DNA of 64,000 nucleotides, taken from assembly GCA_963806855.1 (NCBI GenBank), contig CAWDYW010000001.1:96001-160000 (forward strand). The letters are read 5' to 3'. The position numbers were made by a program, and so were the translations under genes. Shown piece after piece: positions 30,502 to 41,764 of this stretch. Every line of letters starts with the position of its first letter. The first letter of the stretch is position 1. A model generated the notes under the pieces. It was not told the DNA's origin and did not search any database. It saw nothing but the letters and a program-made list of their open reading frames with translations. This DNA is from an uncultured Verrucomicrobiae bacterium (GTDB taxonomy: Bacteria > Chlamydiota > Chlamydiia > Chlamydiales > Rhabdochlamydiaceae).

Positions 30502-30576
30502 TCTGGGTGAGAGGATTCGAACCTCCGACCCCTAGCACCCCATGCTAGTGCGCTAGCCAAGCTGCGCTACACCCAG
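30502..30576 (-). tRNA. tRNA-Pro (GGG), CCA not encoded
   Basis: CTGGGTG acceptor stem, GCGC D-stem, CTAGC-ATGGGGT-GCTAG anticodon arm, GGTTCGAATCC T-arm. Confidence 0.95.
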
Positions 30577-30842
30577 ATAATAATATTAAAGGAGCCATGT
30601 AGCCCTTCAAATTGAAATTCTGCGCGCTTAAATTCTTTGACGCCGATACGGGCACATTCTTCGATGATTTTTTCCAAGACATCGCCCGGATGAACCTCTG
30701 CGGCAGAGATATCCACAGAGATGGAAGCAGAAAAATTGACGCCCCCGCGCATGCCTTTCACTTTAAAGTTGGCGTAGATGGCCTCTTTTTTTTGAGAGAT
30801 ATTCTTAAATCGAATGAGGTTGTTTTCTGCAAGGTCAGTCAT
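30567..30842 (-). CDS. Small hypothetical protein (chlamydial-type)
   Basis: SD AGGAG before MTDLAEN; 3' end overlaps the tRNA by 10 bp so the stop is uncertain. Confidence 0.6.
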   Translation of the reverse strand: MTDLAENNLIRFKNISQKKEAIYANFKVKGMRGGVNFSASISVDISAAEVHPGDVLEKIIEECARIGVKEFKRAEFQFEGLHGSFNIIIWV

Positions 30843-30940
30843 ATTCACTATTCTCCTGGAATAGATCAAAATCGTAAGGTGAATTGGGGTAAAAGTCAAT
30901 AATCTTGTCGGAAAGGGATGACTGGTTTAAAATATTGGGC

Positions 30941-31597
30941 ATGAAATTGGCAAAAAATTGGCACGCGCTTCTCGAGGGGGAGATCAATAAGCCCTATATC
31001 AAAGAGTTGAAGGATTTTTTGGAGGGAGAGGTGACTTATCCTCCAAAAGATTTGGTGTTCCACGCCTTTGCGATGACTCCCTATGATGAGGTCAAGGTGG
31101 TGATCATGGGGCAGGATCCTTATCATGGAGAGGGACAGGCGCATGGGATGAGCTTTAGCGTCCCAGAGGGCGTTGATCCGCCGCCATCGTTAAAAAATAT
31201 TTATAAGGAATTGCAGCAAGATCTTGGAATTCCTCCAGCCCAGTCGGGATGTCTCAATAACTGGGCCAAGCAGGGGGTCTTGTTGCTCAATGCGACATTG
31301 ACCGTGCGGCCCAATGAACCGAAGTCACATTATGGGAAAGGATGGGAGCAGTTTACCGATGCGGTTGTGGCCAAGTTGGCCGAGAGGAAAGATCCGATTG
31401 TCTTTATTCTATGGGGAAAATCTGCAAAAGAAAAATGCGCCAGCCTATTGGAACACTCGCATCATGCTGTGCTCACAGCAGCGCATCCGTCGCCTTTCTC
31501 AGCCTATCATGGATTTTTTGGATGTCGCCACTTCTCCAAAGCCAATGAGTACTTGAAGAAGTGGGGAAAAACTCCGATTAATTGGGTTGTTGAATAG
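30941..31597 (+). CDS. ung: Uracil-DNA glycosylase
   Basis: GQDPYHG, PPSLKNIYKEL, GVLLLN, HPSP. Confidence 0.96.
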   Translation: MKLAKNWHALLEGEINKPYIKELKDFLEGEVTYPPKDLVFHAFAMTPYDEVKVVIMGQDPYHGEGQAHGMSFSVPEGVDPPPSLKNIYKELQQDLGIPPAQSGCLNNWAKQGVLLLNATLTVRPNEPKSHYGKGWEQFTDAVVAKLAERKDPIVFILWGKSAKEKCASLLEHSHHAVLTAAHPSPFSAYHGFFGCRHFSKANEYLKKWGKTPINWVVE

Positions 31598-31919
31598 CTG
31601 CAGGTCTTTGTAAAGCGGAAATCATTTGGTAGAAACGGGTTGCATGATCAACGACGTAATCCTTCGCGATCGTTGCATGATCTATCACCACTCTTTTACC
31701 GTTTTGAAACTTATCGCTATTGTAGATTTCTTTACCTTTTTCGTAGAGAAAGCCGATGACCCGTTCGATTAGCTGAACCAGAGCGTCAAGCCCCTTCACA
31801 ACTCCGATGGTCCCCTTTTTAAGGCCCCAAACGATGTTCGTATCGTTGTCGTTAGGTGTAAGAGAATATTCAGTCACCCTAACTAAATTTGATGTAAAAA
31901 AAGAAATTGGACCTGCCAT
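31578..31919 (-). CDS. Hypothetical protein
   Basis: 113-aa ORF with SD AAGGAG and AT-rich upstream region. Confidence 0.55.
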   Translation of the reverse strand: MAGPISFFTSNLVRVTEYSLTPNDNDTNIVWGLKKGTIGVVKGLDALVQLIERVIGFLYEKGKEIYNSDKFQNGKRVVIDHATIAKDYVVDHATRFYQMISALQRPAAIQQPN

Positions 31920-32025
31920 ATTTCGCTCCTTTTATTATAATATGGTTATATTTTAATAGGTTTTGTTAATAATAACAAGACGTAAGATTATTTTTATATA
32001 GCAATAATTCGTTTAATGGTATAAA

Positions 32026-32889
32026 ATGTCACTCAATATGTCAAAAAACTCTTACGATACAATTTCCCAGAAATACCGGCAAAAGGGGGGCGGGGATCTC
32101 TCTGAGCAAGAGGTAGAGGCCTATCTCAAGGCCCGGATGCCAGCCACTTTTGCAGCGGTTTCTGCCGTATTGAAGGAGGTCTCAGCCAGAATTACCGAGC
32201 CGATACGCAGTTTACTCGATTTAGGCGCGGGGCCTGGAACGGGTGGTCTGGCGGCACGGGAGTTTTTTCCAGAGATTGAACATTGCACATTGGTCGAGCG
32301 GAATGAGGCGATGATCAAGAAGGGTAAGGAATTAATTGAAGGTGAATGGATACGGGCCGATATTCAGAGCTATAGTCCCCAAGAGCATGATCTGGTTCTT
32401 TTCGCTTATTCATTCGGAGAAATTGCCGGTCAAATTGAGGTGCTGAAAAGAGCTTGGGATGCGGCGAAGGTCTTGGTGATCGTCGAGCCGGGAACGCCGA
32501 GGGGATTTGAAAATATTCTCAAAGCGCGGGAGCAGTTGATCCAGTGGGGTGGGAAGATGATTGCTCCTTGTCCCCATGTAAAACGGTGTCCGATGCAGAG
32601 TAGATGGTGCCATTTTTCAGTGAGATTAGAGCGGACGCGGGAGCACAGGCTTTTAAAAGGTGGACAGCTTGGTTGGGAGGATGAGAAGTTTTCCTACATT
32701 GCTTTTAGCAAGGAAAGTGTAGAAATGGCAAAAGCGCGCATCATTGGCCATCCACAAAAGCTACATGGCAATGTCGCCCTTCAGCTTTGCAGTGAAGAGG
32801 GATTGCTTGAGAAAACAATCTCAAAAAAAGAGAAATCCCTCTATAAACAAGCGCGCAAAGCCAAATGGGGAGATCCGTTTATCTTCTAA
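32026..32889 (+). CDS. Rsm22-family SAM-dependent methyltransferase
   Basis: AYLKARMPAT, LDLGAGPGT, VEPGTPRGF, APCPH..CP..WCHFS, EDEKFSY. Confidence 0.85.
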   Translation: MSLNMSKNSYDTISQKYRQKGGGDLSEQEVEAYLKARMPATFAAVSAVLKEVSARITEPIRSLLDLGAGPGTGGLAAREFFPEIEHCTLVERNEAMIKKGKELIEGEWIRADIQSYSPQEHDLVLFAYSFGEIAGQIEVLKRAWDAAKVLVIVEPGTPRGFENILKAREQLIQWGGKMIAPCPHVKRCPMQSRWCHFSVRLERTREHRLLKGGQLGWEDEKFSYIAFSKESVEMAKARIIGHPQKLHGNVALQLCSEEGLLEKTISKKEKSLYKQARKAKWGDPFIF

Positions 32890-33138
32890 ACAAATTATAG
32901 AAGAAGGCGATCACTGCACCGGTGATGAATCCATGCACAAAACCCCAGACTGCGCCGATAATCGCTCCGAGGAAGGATGGCTCATATCCTAGGTATGATG
33001 AGTGCATGACTGCGACAAAATCGATGGTCCATCCAAACATGGCGACCAAACCTGCGATGAAGATCCAAAGTGCCCAAGTGATCCCGAGCCTAGCCCCAGA
33101 CCTAAAATGCTAAAATTTCCTGCTTTTTCTCTAGCCAT
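32879..33138 (-). CDS. Small membrane protein of the putative holin-like family, frameshifted near 5' end (not in ORF track)
   Basis: Manual translation LGITWALWIFIAGLVAMFGW...YLGYEPSFLGAIIGAVWGFVHGFITGAVIAFFYN; SD AAGGAG before ATG 33138. Confidence 0.55.
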
Positions 33139-33199
33139 AATTCTCCTTACGGTTATCTAATTTTAGACATGAAGCTTTTTAGAATTAATTTCAAGAGTG

Positions 33200-35763
33200 T
33201 TAAAGCATTTCGCCGGATTGGTGAATCAGTTTGGCGATCAATGCGGTCCACCCCGTTTGGTGAGAGGCTCCTAATCCTTTTCCTGTGTCGCCATTGAAAT
33301 ATTCGTAAAAGAGCAAATGCTCATGTTTTTCATTGCCGAAAACAGGGAGGTTGCCTGCTTGATTAGGGAGGTAAAGCTGGATGAGCCGTTTCGAAAGCTC
33401 AGCGGCGACATCCCATAGATTGAGAAAATGGCCCGATCTGGTTGGAAATTCCACTTTGAGGTCATCGCCATAGTAGTGGTGATAACGTTGGAGCGCTTCG
33501 ATTAAGAGAAAGTTGATGGGGAACCAAATGGGGCCTCGCCAGTTGGAATTACCGCCGAACATCCGGTTGTCGGAATCACCTGGAACATATTTCACTTCGT
33601 AATTCTGCCCTCCGGCTTGGAAGGAGTAGGGATGTTTTTCATGGTATTTGGAAATGGACCGGATGCCATAGGGGGAGAGAAACTCCTCTTCGTCAAGCAT
33701 GTATTTGAGAATCGAAATGAGTTGATCTCTTGTCACAATCGACATCTGGCGTCGTCCCGCGAGCCCCTCTTCATAGAGGCAAGCGATGTTCATACTGACA
33801 TCGGGGCGATTGTGAATAAACCAATCCATGCGCCTTTTAAAGACGGGGATTTTTTCAAGTGTTTCAGGGCGGATCGTTTCAACAGCGAGAAGGGGGAGTA
33901 GGCCGACTAGGGAGCGCACTTTTAGGCGGACGACCCGATCGGGAAGATGAAGAATGTCGTAGAAAAAGCCATCTTCTTCATCCCAAAGGGCATGATGATC
34001 ATGCGCTGAATGGCTCATTGCCCGCGCAATGCGCAAGAAATGTTCAAAAAATTTGGTCGCCATGTCTTGGTAAACCGGCTCTTCTTCAGAGAGGTGAATG
34101 GCAATTTTCATCATCTCAATGCAAAAAAAGCTCATCCATGCGGAGCCGTCTGATTGATCGATATGGCCGCCTGTTGGTAAGTCTCTACTCCGATCGAAGA
34201 CGCTGATATTATCCATCCCAAGGAATCCTCCTTGGAAGATGTTGTTGCCCTCAGCATCTTTTTTGTTGACCCACCAAGTGAAATTGAGGAGGAGTTTGTG
34301 GAAATTTCCTTCGAGAAATGCCCGGTCTTCTTTTCCATATTTTTTGGCGTCGATTTTATAGATTCGAAAGAGGGCCCAAGCTTGAACGGGTGGATTGACA
34401 TCGGAGAAGCACCATTCATTGGCCGGAAATTGCCCATTGGGATGCATATACCACTCCCGCGTCATCAGGGTGAGTTGCCGTTTAGCAAAATCGGAATCAA
34501 TCAGCACCATCGGAAGGCAGTGGAAGGCGCTGTCCCATGAGCAAAAGTAGGGGTATTCCCATTTGTCTGGCATCGAGAGGATATCGAATGTGGTGAGGTG
34601 GTCCCAATCTTGGTTGCGCATTCCAGAGTGGTGGGGGGAGAGGTGGGGATCTCCATCAAGCCACTCATGTTGATTGAGGTAGTAGAATTGCTTGGAGAAG
34701 AGCAGTCCTGCAAAAGCTTGCCGTTGAATTTTCTTGAGCTCGTTCAGAAAGACCCGGTTTTTGAATGGAATTCGTAGAACTCGTCCGTCTCCTTTATCTG
34801 TTTTTCAAAGAGTTCCGTTGCTTTCGAAAAGGGATCTTTCTGTTCTTGATTAGACAGCCGGCAAAGAAAAGTTTTTTGCTCACCGGGCTTAAGTGTAAAG
34901 CGAAGATGGCCGGCCCCCTTTGTCCCCTCTTTTTGCGGGTTGACTGGGTCCCCTTTAATGATGTGCCGATTGAAGGTGTCTTTTGGGTAGGGGCTGCTAT
35001 TTTCGTTATCGCAGAAGAGAAATTCTTCAGAGCCATCAACGTAAAAATAATAGGAGCCCTCTGTGTGGTGGTCCAATTTGATCCCATTTCCCTCTTGATA
35101 GAGGCGGGGTTTTTCTGTTTCATAACCCCAGCTCCAGGTATTGCGAAACCAGACAGTCGGCAGGCAGGTGAGCGGAGCCGTTTCAGGTCCCCGGTTGACG
35201 ATGGTCACAAGGCAGAGGATGTCCTTGGGACCCTCCTTGGCATGTTCAATGATCAGATCGAAATAACGGTTTTGCTCAAAAATCCCGGTGTCGCGTAGTT
35301 GGTATTCGGGATCTCCAAGTCCCCTTTTTCTGCTCTCTTCCCTCAGCTTGGCATAGGGAAATTCTTGCTGGGGATATTTGTAGAGCATTTTGAGATAGGT
35401 AGAGGTGGGTGTCGCATCGAGATAATGGTAGTGTTCTTTGACGCTCTCCCCATGATTCCCCTCGAGATTGCTTAGGCCAAAGAGCCGTTCTTTGAGAATC
35501 GGATCCTTTCCATTCCAGAATGAAAAAGCGAAACAGATTGTCTGAAAGCGGTCGCAGATTCCCCCTAGACCATCCTCTCCCCAACGGTAAACCCGACGAT
35601 TGGCATCATCGAATGGAAAGGTGATCCATGGCTCCCGTCCGGGGTGCTCGCTAATATAATCTTCGCGGACAGTCCCCCACTGCCTCTCGCTCAAATAGGG
35701 ACCCCAATTTTTCCAATTCTCCTCCCGATTTCGGTGCTCAAGGAGTTTATCGTTTTCAGACAT
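33200..35763 (-). CDS. Second GH63/MGH1-like glucosidase, two +1 frameshifts at ~34745-34775
   Basis: [44 protein letters not shown]; removing two extra A bases restores KIQRQAFAGLLFSKQFY. Confidence 0.8.
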
Positions 35764-37081
35764 CGATTTTATGAGATGGCGCTTTGAGGTTTTTATTGCT
35801 CTCTAAAAGGGGATCGACCATTTCGCGCAAAAACTGCGCGACTTGTTCCTCTGCTCTTCCTGTATTGGGTGAGCAGCATTGGTCGATCTCTTCAGGAGAA
35901 AGCCCAAGTTGTATGGCAATCTCGACCCCTTGATGGGGATTCTCCCGCAACTTTTTATGGACCTCTTGCCGATCTTTCCCCTTCTTTACAGCACTCATCA
36001 TAATATTTTCCAGTGCTAGAAGTGGCAGTTGCTTGTTCAGATTCTCCTTGATCATCTCAGGATGGATTTGAAGAGTAGAAAAAATGTTTAAGCCTAAGTC
36101 CAAAATCGCATCGGCTGTCAGAAAGGCCTCGGGGATGACGATCCGCCGATTAGCCGAGTCGTCAAGCGATCGCTCCAGCCACTGCGTTGCAAGGGTGTAG
36201 GCTGGATTTTGACAAAGAGAGATCAGCAGACGGGAGAGCCCGCAGATGCGCTCGGAGTAGATGGGATTGATTTTGTGGGGCATCGCTGAAGAGCCCACCT
36301 GCCCTTTCGCCTTGCTTTCCCCCATCTCGCCAAAATGGGCGAGGAGGCGCAAGTCGGTGGCGCATTTGTGCGCGCTTGCCGCGATCCCTTCTAAAACAGA
36401 AAGGACCCGCATATCTTGCTTTCGAGTGTAGGTTTGACCCGCAATGGTCAGCCGCTTTTTAAATCCTATCTCATGGGCGATAAGGGCGTCGAGTTTTTCA
36501 ACCTTCGCGCTGTCGTTTTCCAAAAGGTGCATGAACGAGGCTTGCGTTCCGGTTGCCCCCTTGACGCCGAGAAAATGGAGGCTCTCCTCCCGCTCAATGA
36601 GATCTTGGCAATCGAAGACAAAATCTTGCAGCCACATGCAGATCCGTTTGCCGACTGTCGTCGGTTGCGCCGGTTGCAAGTGGGTATAGGCGAGTGTCGG
36701 GATCGAGGCAGATTCTTGAGCCTTTTTTTTCATTATGGCGATCAGGTGGACTAATTTGGCCTTCAATAGATTTAAGCCTGCTCGCATTTGAATCAAATCG
36801 GTGTTATCGGTCACATAGGCCGAGGTAGCCCCCAGATGGAGGATCCCTTTTGCTTCAGGGGCACAGTCGCCGAATGCATACAGGTGGGCCATCACATCGT
36901 GCTTGAGCTCTTTTTCATATTGGGCCACTTTTTCAAAGTCGATCTCTTCGATGTGACGCTCGAGAGCTTCGATCTGTTTAGATGTAATCGGAAGGCCGAT
37001 CGCTTTTTCTGCTTTGGCAAGGGCAACCCATAGGCGTCGCCAAGTGGCATATTTGTGTTGATCGGAGAAAATAGCCCCCAT
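35756..37081 (-). CDS. purB: Adenylosuccinate lyase
   Basis: HDVMAH, HLGATS, THLQPAQ, GSSAMPHKINP; in-frame SPLRSRYAS upstream suggests a slightly longer N-terminus. Confidence 0.92.
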   Translation of the reverse strand: MGAIFSDQHKYATWRRLWVALAKAEKAIGLPITSKQIEALERHIEEIDFEKVAQYEKELKHDVMAHLYAFGDCAPEAKGILHLGATSAYVTDNTDLIQMRAGLNLLKAKLVHLIAIMKKKAQESASIPTLAYTHLQPAQPTTVGKRICMWLQDFVFDCQDLIEREESLHFLGVKGATGTQASFMHLLENDSAKVEKLDALIAHEIGFKKRLTIAGQTYTRKQDMRVLSVLEGIAASAHKCATDLRLLAHFGEMGESKAKGQVGSSAMPHKINPIYSERICGLSRLLISLCQNPAYTLATQWLERSLDDSANRRIVIPEAFLTADAILDLGLNIFSTLQIHPEMIKENLNKQLPLLALENIMMSAVKKGKDRQEVHKKLRENPHQGVEIAIQLGLSPEEIDQCCSPNTGRAEEQVAQFLREMVDPLLESNKNLKAPSHKIDV

Positions 37082-37119
37082 CTCACGGCTTGCATACCGG
37101 CTGCGTAGGGGGGAAGAAT

Positions 37120-37855
37120 CTAGAGTTTGCTTTGAATGGATTGTAACACCTCGGTCATCCGTTTTCTTTGCTCTGGGCTTGGCTTAAAGCGGCTGCTCGA
37201 CATCAGTTTCTCCAATTGATGCAGCTGCGCAATCATCTGCTCAGACAAACTCGAGGCCCGTTTATCTTGATCTTCCAATGGAAAGCGCTCCCGGATCAGA
37301 TTGAGCAGCTGCCGTTTTGTCTCGCCCTTGTAATTTTTGATGAGCTCTTCTTTGCTCTCTTGAGGACAATCGCGCGTTGCCAATGTATAAATCGCCTGCC
37401 GGGGCATCGCTTCGACCTTATCTTGCAAACTCTTAGAAAGGCTCGTATAGAGCTCATAATACTGCAAGAAGTTGTAGGGAGTCTGCCGATTGCCATAGGT
37501 CTCCATCAGCCAAGAGCTAAAGGCTCCATCCCGATATTTTTTCAGGATCTCCTGCGCCCGTTTGATCCGCTCCCCATGTAAAATAGCAGCCTGATTGTTG
37601 ATCGCCTTCACTTCAGAGGTGAGTGCGGCAAGAGTTCTTGAGATCGTCGCTGATGTCTTCTAGCTCTCCACGGTATCCCTCGAGGAGATTGCGCAGCAGA
37701 GTCTCTTCAACATCTGTGAGTGGTGTAACGCGAAAGACGCCAGAAAAACTCGACAGATTGCCACTGGTGGACAATTCGGCCAAGTTATTCATTTTCGAGG
37801 TTTTTTCTGGACCTTTTCTGAATCTAAGAGATAAGAGGTCGTTGACTTTTACCAT
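37120..37855 (-). CDS. pGP6-D-related chromosomal protein (CT583-like), +1 frameshift near 37635
   Basis: LTSEVKAINNQAAILHGERIKRAQ, YGNRQTPYNFLQYYE; follows parA as in chlamydiae. Confidence 0.8.
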
Positions 37856-37869
37856 ATTGTAAATCCGCT

Positions 37870-38622
37870 TTACATGAGTTTAAGGAGTTCCTTGGAGAGA
37901 GCGATATAATCTTCTGCAGCGCGACTTTTAGGCGCCACTTCGAAGATTGGCTTTCCATGGATGCTGGCTTCAGAAACCATGATATCACGCCGCACTTTTG
38001 TATTTAATAACTTTCCAGGAAATGTTTGGTCGATCAGATCCAAAAAGGCAGAATTGCTTTTGCCGCGCGGATTCCAAAAAGACATCGAAACGCCAATCAC
38101 GCGGAGCGGATGACGGTGGCCGAGATTTTCCATGAATTGTCCCAATCGCTGCAGCCCTTTGACGCTGTAAAATTCCGGGGTGGCGCAGACGAGCGAATAG
38201 TCAGAAGCGATCATCGCTGATTCGGTGAGCCAACAGAGTGAAGGGGGCGTATCGATGATCACCGCATCGTATTTCAACGAGCTGAGTACCTCGCGCAATC
38301 TCTCATGCGAATAGCGGTTGGCGGCGAGATTTCCGGTCACTTCGACCCGCTCGAGCCAGGTGTCGGCAGGGATCAGATCGAGGTTTTTGATTGCTGTTTT
38401 CACAATCACCTGATCGATTGTTTTTGTCCCTTGCAACACGGGGGCTAAGCTATCTTGCGCATCGGGATCGAAGCCGAGCCCGGTGGTCAAATTGGCTTGC
38501 GCATCAAAATCGATGAGAAGCACCTTTTTCTTATGGAACTTGGCAAAAGAAGCGGCGATGTTGAGCGACGTCGACGTCTTTGCCGTTCCCCCTTTAAAAC
38601 TGCTGACTGCGATCTTTTTCAT
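37870..38622 (-). CDS. parA: ParA/MinD-family ATPase
   Basis: Deviant Walker A KGGTAKT, DFDAQAN, IDTPPS. Confidence 0.88.
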   Translation of the reverse strand: MKKIAVSSFKGGTAKTSTSLNIAASFAKFHKKKVLLIDFDAQANLTTGLGFDPDAQDSLAPVLQGTKTIDQVIVKTAIKNLDLIPADTWLERVEVTGNLAANRYSHERLREVLSSLKYDAVIIDTPPSLCWLTESAMIASDYSLVCATPEFYSVKGLQRLGQFMENLGHRHPLRVIGVSMSFWNPRGKSNSAFLDLIDQTFPGKLLNTKVRRDIMVSEASIHGKPIFEVAPKSRAAEDYIALSKELLKLM

Positions 38623-40529
38623 ACCTTCTCTAAATAAGATGTAAGCGATTTATCTGCTGATTCTCTTTTGAGTGTACTCAAAACCGAATTAAGATCCAGT
38701 TCTCCGATCACAATATTGTCTCTTCTTCTCACGCTGATTGTCTTATTTTCGACCTCTTCATCGCCAACAGTGAGCATGTAATTGATCTGCAAAAGTTGCG
38801 CGTCCCGAATTTTTTTGCTGACCGATTCGTTGCTCTCGTCGACATCACATTCAAATCCAGCGTCGTGAATTTGACTTGCAATCTCACGCGCATACTCGTT
38901 GTGCCGCTCGGCGACTGGAACGACGCGCACCTGTCGTGGGCTAATCCAGAGGGGGAACCTTCCGGCGAAGTGCTCGATCAAAATCCCAAAGAAACGTTCG
39001 ACCGAACCGAAAATCGCTCTGTGGATCATGATGGGACGTTTATGTTCTCCATCGCTGTCGACATAAGTGAGCTCAAATTTTTCTGGCAAGGACATGTCGA
39101 GCTGCACGGTGCCGCACTGCCAAGAGCGTCCCAGAGCATCGCGGATGTGGATATCGATTTTAGGTCCATAGAACGCTCCATCGCCCTCATTAATCTTGTA
39201 GGACTGACCATAGTCGTCGAGCGCTCCCTTCAATCCGGCAGTCGCCACTTCCCAATCGGCATCTGTTCCGATGCTCTTCTCAGGCCGTGTGGAGAGCTCA
39301 AAACGCCAATCCAATCCAAAAGTGCCATAGATTGTTTCAACCAGTTGAAGAATGCCGAAAATTTCCCCCTTAATATCGCCTGGGCGCATAAAAATATGGG
39401 TATCATCTTGGTGGAAACTGCGGACGCGGAACAATCCATTGAGCGCTCCCGATGCTTCATGTCGATGCACATGGCCAAATTCGGAGACGCGCAGAGGCAA
39501 TTCCCGGTAGCTGTGCATTTCCGAACCAAAGAACAGCATGCAACCAGGGCAGTTCATTGGCTTAAGAGCAAAGTGCCGCTCCTCGATGCCGAAATAGTAC
39601 ATGTTGTCCCGATAGAAATCCCAGTGGCCTGATCGTTGCCATAGATCCTGATTGAGCAGCTGCGGAGTCTTAATTTCAACATAGCCTGCATCGCGCTGCA
39701 ATCCTCTCATGAATTCGATCAGCCGATTCCACACAATCATCCCATGCGGGTGGATAAAGGGCATGCCTGGACCCTCTTCCTTCAGCGAGAACAGATCCAG
39801 TTTCGGCCCAATAATCTTGTGGTCCCGCTTTTTCGCCTCTTCGAGCATGTGCAAATAATCTTTGAGCATTTTTCGATCGGGATAAGCGATCCCATATACA
39901 CGAGTGAGCATCTCCCGATTCTTATCGCCGCGCCAATAGGCCCCCGAAGTCTTCATCACCTTAAAGGCCTTGATTTTCCCCAAAGCAGCCATGTGCGGCC
40001 CTCGGCATAGATCAAAATATTCACCCTGCGAGTAGCCAGTAATAAGCCCCTCGAATTCGCCGATCAGCTCGCTCTTATAGGGATTATTTGTAAACCGACT
40101 AAGAGCTTCCTGTTTGTTTTTGAACTCATGCCGCACCGGTTTGTAATTTTCCTTTAAAATCTTCTCGACTTCCGTCTCGATTTTTTCAAAGTCGGCATCG
40201 GAGATATGCAGATCGGCAAAGTCATAATAGAAGCCATTTTCAATTGGAGGACCAATCGTCGGTTTCGCATTGGGCCAAAGACGCAAGATCGCCTGAGCGA
40301 GTACGTGAGCCGCAGTGTGCCAGAACACCTCTTTGCCTTGGGCATCTTCAAAGTTGAGCAAGATCACCTTGTCCCCCTCATGCAGAGGCGTGTCGAGGTC
40401 TTTCAGCACCCCATTGATATTCGCGGCAATCGCCTGATCAGGCCCCCGCTGATTAAGTTTCTCGGCGAGATCCTTTGCTGAGCTCCCGCTTGGGAGTTCC
40501 ACCATTTTGTTTTGGCATTCGACTAACAT
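38619..40529 (-). CDS. thrS: Threonine--tRNA ligase
   Basis: TGS domain, HTAAH, DLCRGPH, KPMNCP, GAFYGPKID, IHRAIFGSVERF. Confidence 0.98.
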   Translation of the reverse strand: MLVECQNKMVELPSGSSAKDLAEKLNQRGPDQAIAANINGVLKDLDTPLHEGDKVILLNFEDAQGKEVFWHTAAHVLAQAILRLWPNAKPTIGPPIENGFYYDFADLHISDADFEKIETEVEKILKENYKPVRHEFKNKQEALSRFTNNPYKSELIGEFEGLITGYSQGEYFDLCRGPHMAALGKIKAFKVMKTSGAYWRGDKNREMLTRVYGIAYPDRKMLKDYLHMLEEAKKRDHKIIGPKLDLFSLKEEGPGMPFIHPHGMIVWNRLIEFMRGLQRDAGYVEIKTPQLLNQDLWQRSGHWDFYRDNMYYFGIEERHFALKPMNCPGCMLFFGSEMHSYRELPLRVSEFGHVHRHEASGALNGLFRVRSFHQDDTHIFMRPGDIKGEIFGILQLVETIYGTFGLDWRFELSTRPEKSIGTDADWEVATAGLKGALDDYGQSYKINEGDGAFYGPKIDIHIRDALGRSWQCGTVQLDMSLPEKFELTYVDSDGEHKRPIMIHRAIFGSVERFFGILIEHFAGRFPLWISPRQVRVVPVAERHNEYAREIASQIHDAGFECDVDESNESVSKKIRDAQLLQINYMLTVGDEEVENKTISVRRRDNIVIGELDLNSVLSTLKRESADKSLTSYLEKV

Positions 40530-40565
40530 AAAAAAATTCCTTGAGTGATGAGTTTTAATTATACG

Positions 40566-41702
40566 CTATACTTGTCTAATCTTCAATCTTCTCAGTTTGC
40601 TGAAAACTAGTGCAAACCCTCCATTCCCTGTGACATTGGCGCAGGTGATGACCGGATCGAATAAAATATAAAGAGCGGTGATCAGCGAAGCCATTTCGCC
40701 TGTAAAGCCCAATTGGCTCTCAAGGACAGGCAGCATGACCAAAATCCCTCCGCCTGGGATCCCCGCCACCGAGAACTTGGCCAAGACAAAATAAAAAGCA
40801 AAAGCCAAATAGACTAAAAAAGTGGGCTCCACCATCCCAAAATTCTTCAGCACCGCAAAGGCAAAAATCGGGATGGCAAAGCAATCGCCAATCAGATGGA
40901 CGTTGACAGTGACCGGGATGCTAAGCAAAGCCGATTTTCCTCCATTCTTCTCTGCGCCAATCAAAGTCAAGGGCATCGCCGCCGCGCTCGACATCGTGCT
41001 AAATCCGGCAATCGCCGCCGGCAGCATGTTGCGCAGGCTTGGAAAAAATTGGGACCGGCAAGTCACCAAATAGATCAAGGCAATATAGACAAACTGCGCT
41101 AGCGCGACGATCAAGAAAATGACCGCATAATCGGCGACGATCTGTTTAAGAACCTGGTCATGGATCAGCTTGATGATAAACCCAGCAATAAATAGAGGGA
41201 TGGCATAGCTCAAACATGAGAGAATAGAGTTGACCACTTTGTCAAAATAGCCTGCGATCCTCTGCCCAAGCCGCTGCTGAAAAAATGAGAAAAAGATCCC
41301 CAGCGCAATCCCTGCAAACAAAGCATAATCATTGGGGATCAGCTTGGGCAATTGAAAAACCCAGGCCGGCGCCAACCCTTCCCCCTCCTGTGGCATGACG
41401 ATCGATAAATCGAGCTGATAGATGGCAGAGCCAATCGGATAGCTGATCATAGTCGAGAGGAAATTGGAGCAGCAGATTCCTGCCAAAATCAGCAGAATGA
41501 GCTTCGTTGCATTCCTCGACAATTGAGAAATGGTTTTGAACAAAAGCATGAAAATCAGTATCGGCAGGATGAAAATGATCACCGCCTTTACCGAGAGACT
41601 TAATGCATATAGGATGCTCTTGAGGCTGACTGGGATAAACCGGTCGACCATAATAATAAAAGCTATGAGCGCCAACAATATGATTGGCATTTTCCGAAAC
41701 AT
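40566..41702 (-). CDS. Dicarboxylate/amino acid:cation symporter (DAACS; probable Ser/Thr importer)
   Basis: FSTMSSAAAMP, AGIPGG, DPVITCANVTG motifs; substrate inferred from the leader peptide and thrS linkage. Confidence 0.85.
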   Translation of the reverse strand: MFRKMPIILLALIAFIIMVDRFIPVSLKSILYALSLSVKAVIIFILPILIFMLLFKTISQLSRNATKLILLILAGICCSNFLSTMISYPIGSAIYQLDLSIVMPQEGEGLAPAWVFQLPKLIPNDYALFAGIALGIFFSFFQQRLGQRIAGYFDKVVNSILSCLSYAIPLFIAGFIIKLIHDQVLKQIVADYAVIFLIVALAQFVYIALIYLVTCRSQFFPSLRNMLPAAIAGFSTMSSAAAMPLTLIGAEKNGGKSALLSIPVTVNVHLIGDCFAIPIFAFAVLKNFGMVEPTFLVYLAFAFYFVLAKFSVAGIPGGGILVMLPVLESQLGFTGEMASLITALYILFDPVITCANVTGNGGFALVFSKLRRLKIRQV

Positions 41703-41764
41703 GAGAAGACCTCCAAATTTTTTTTATGAACGGGTAGAAACAAATGTAGGATAGGGGGGAACGA

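Noticed and set aside
22410..30576. Intact prophage or integrative element at tRNA-Pro
   Set aside because: No integrase, structural or conjugation genes and no duplicated tRNA 3' end seen
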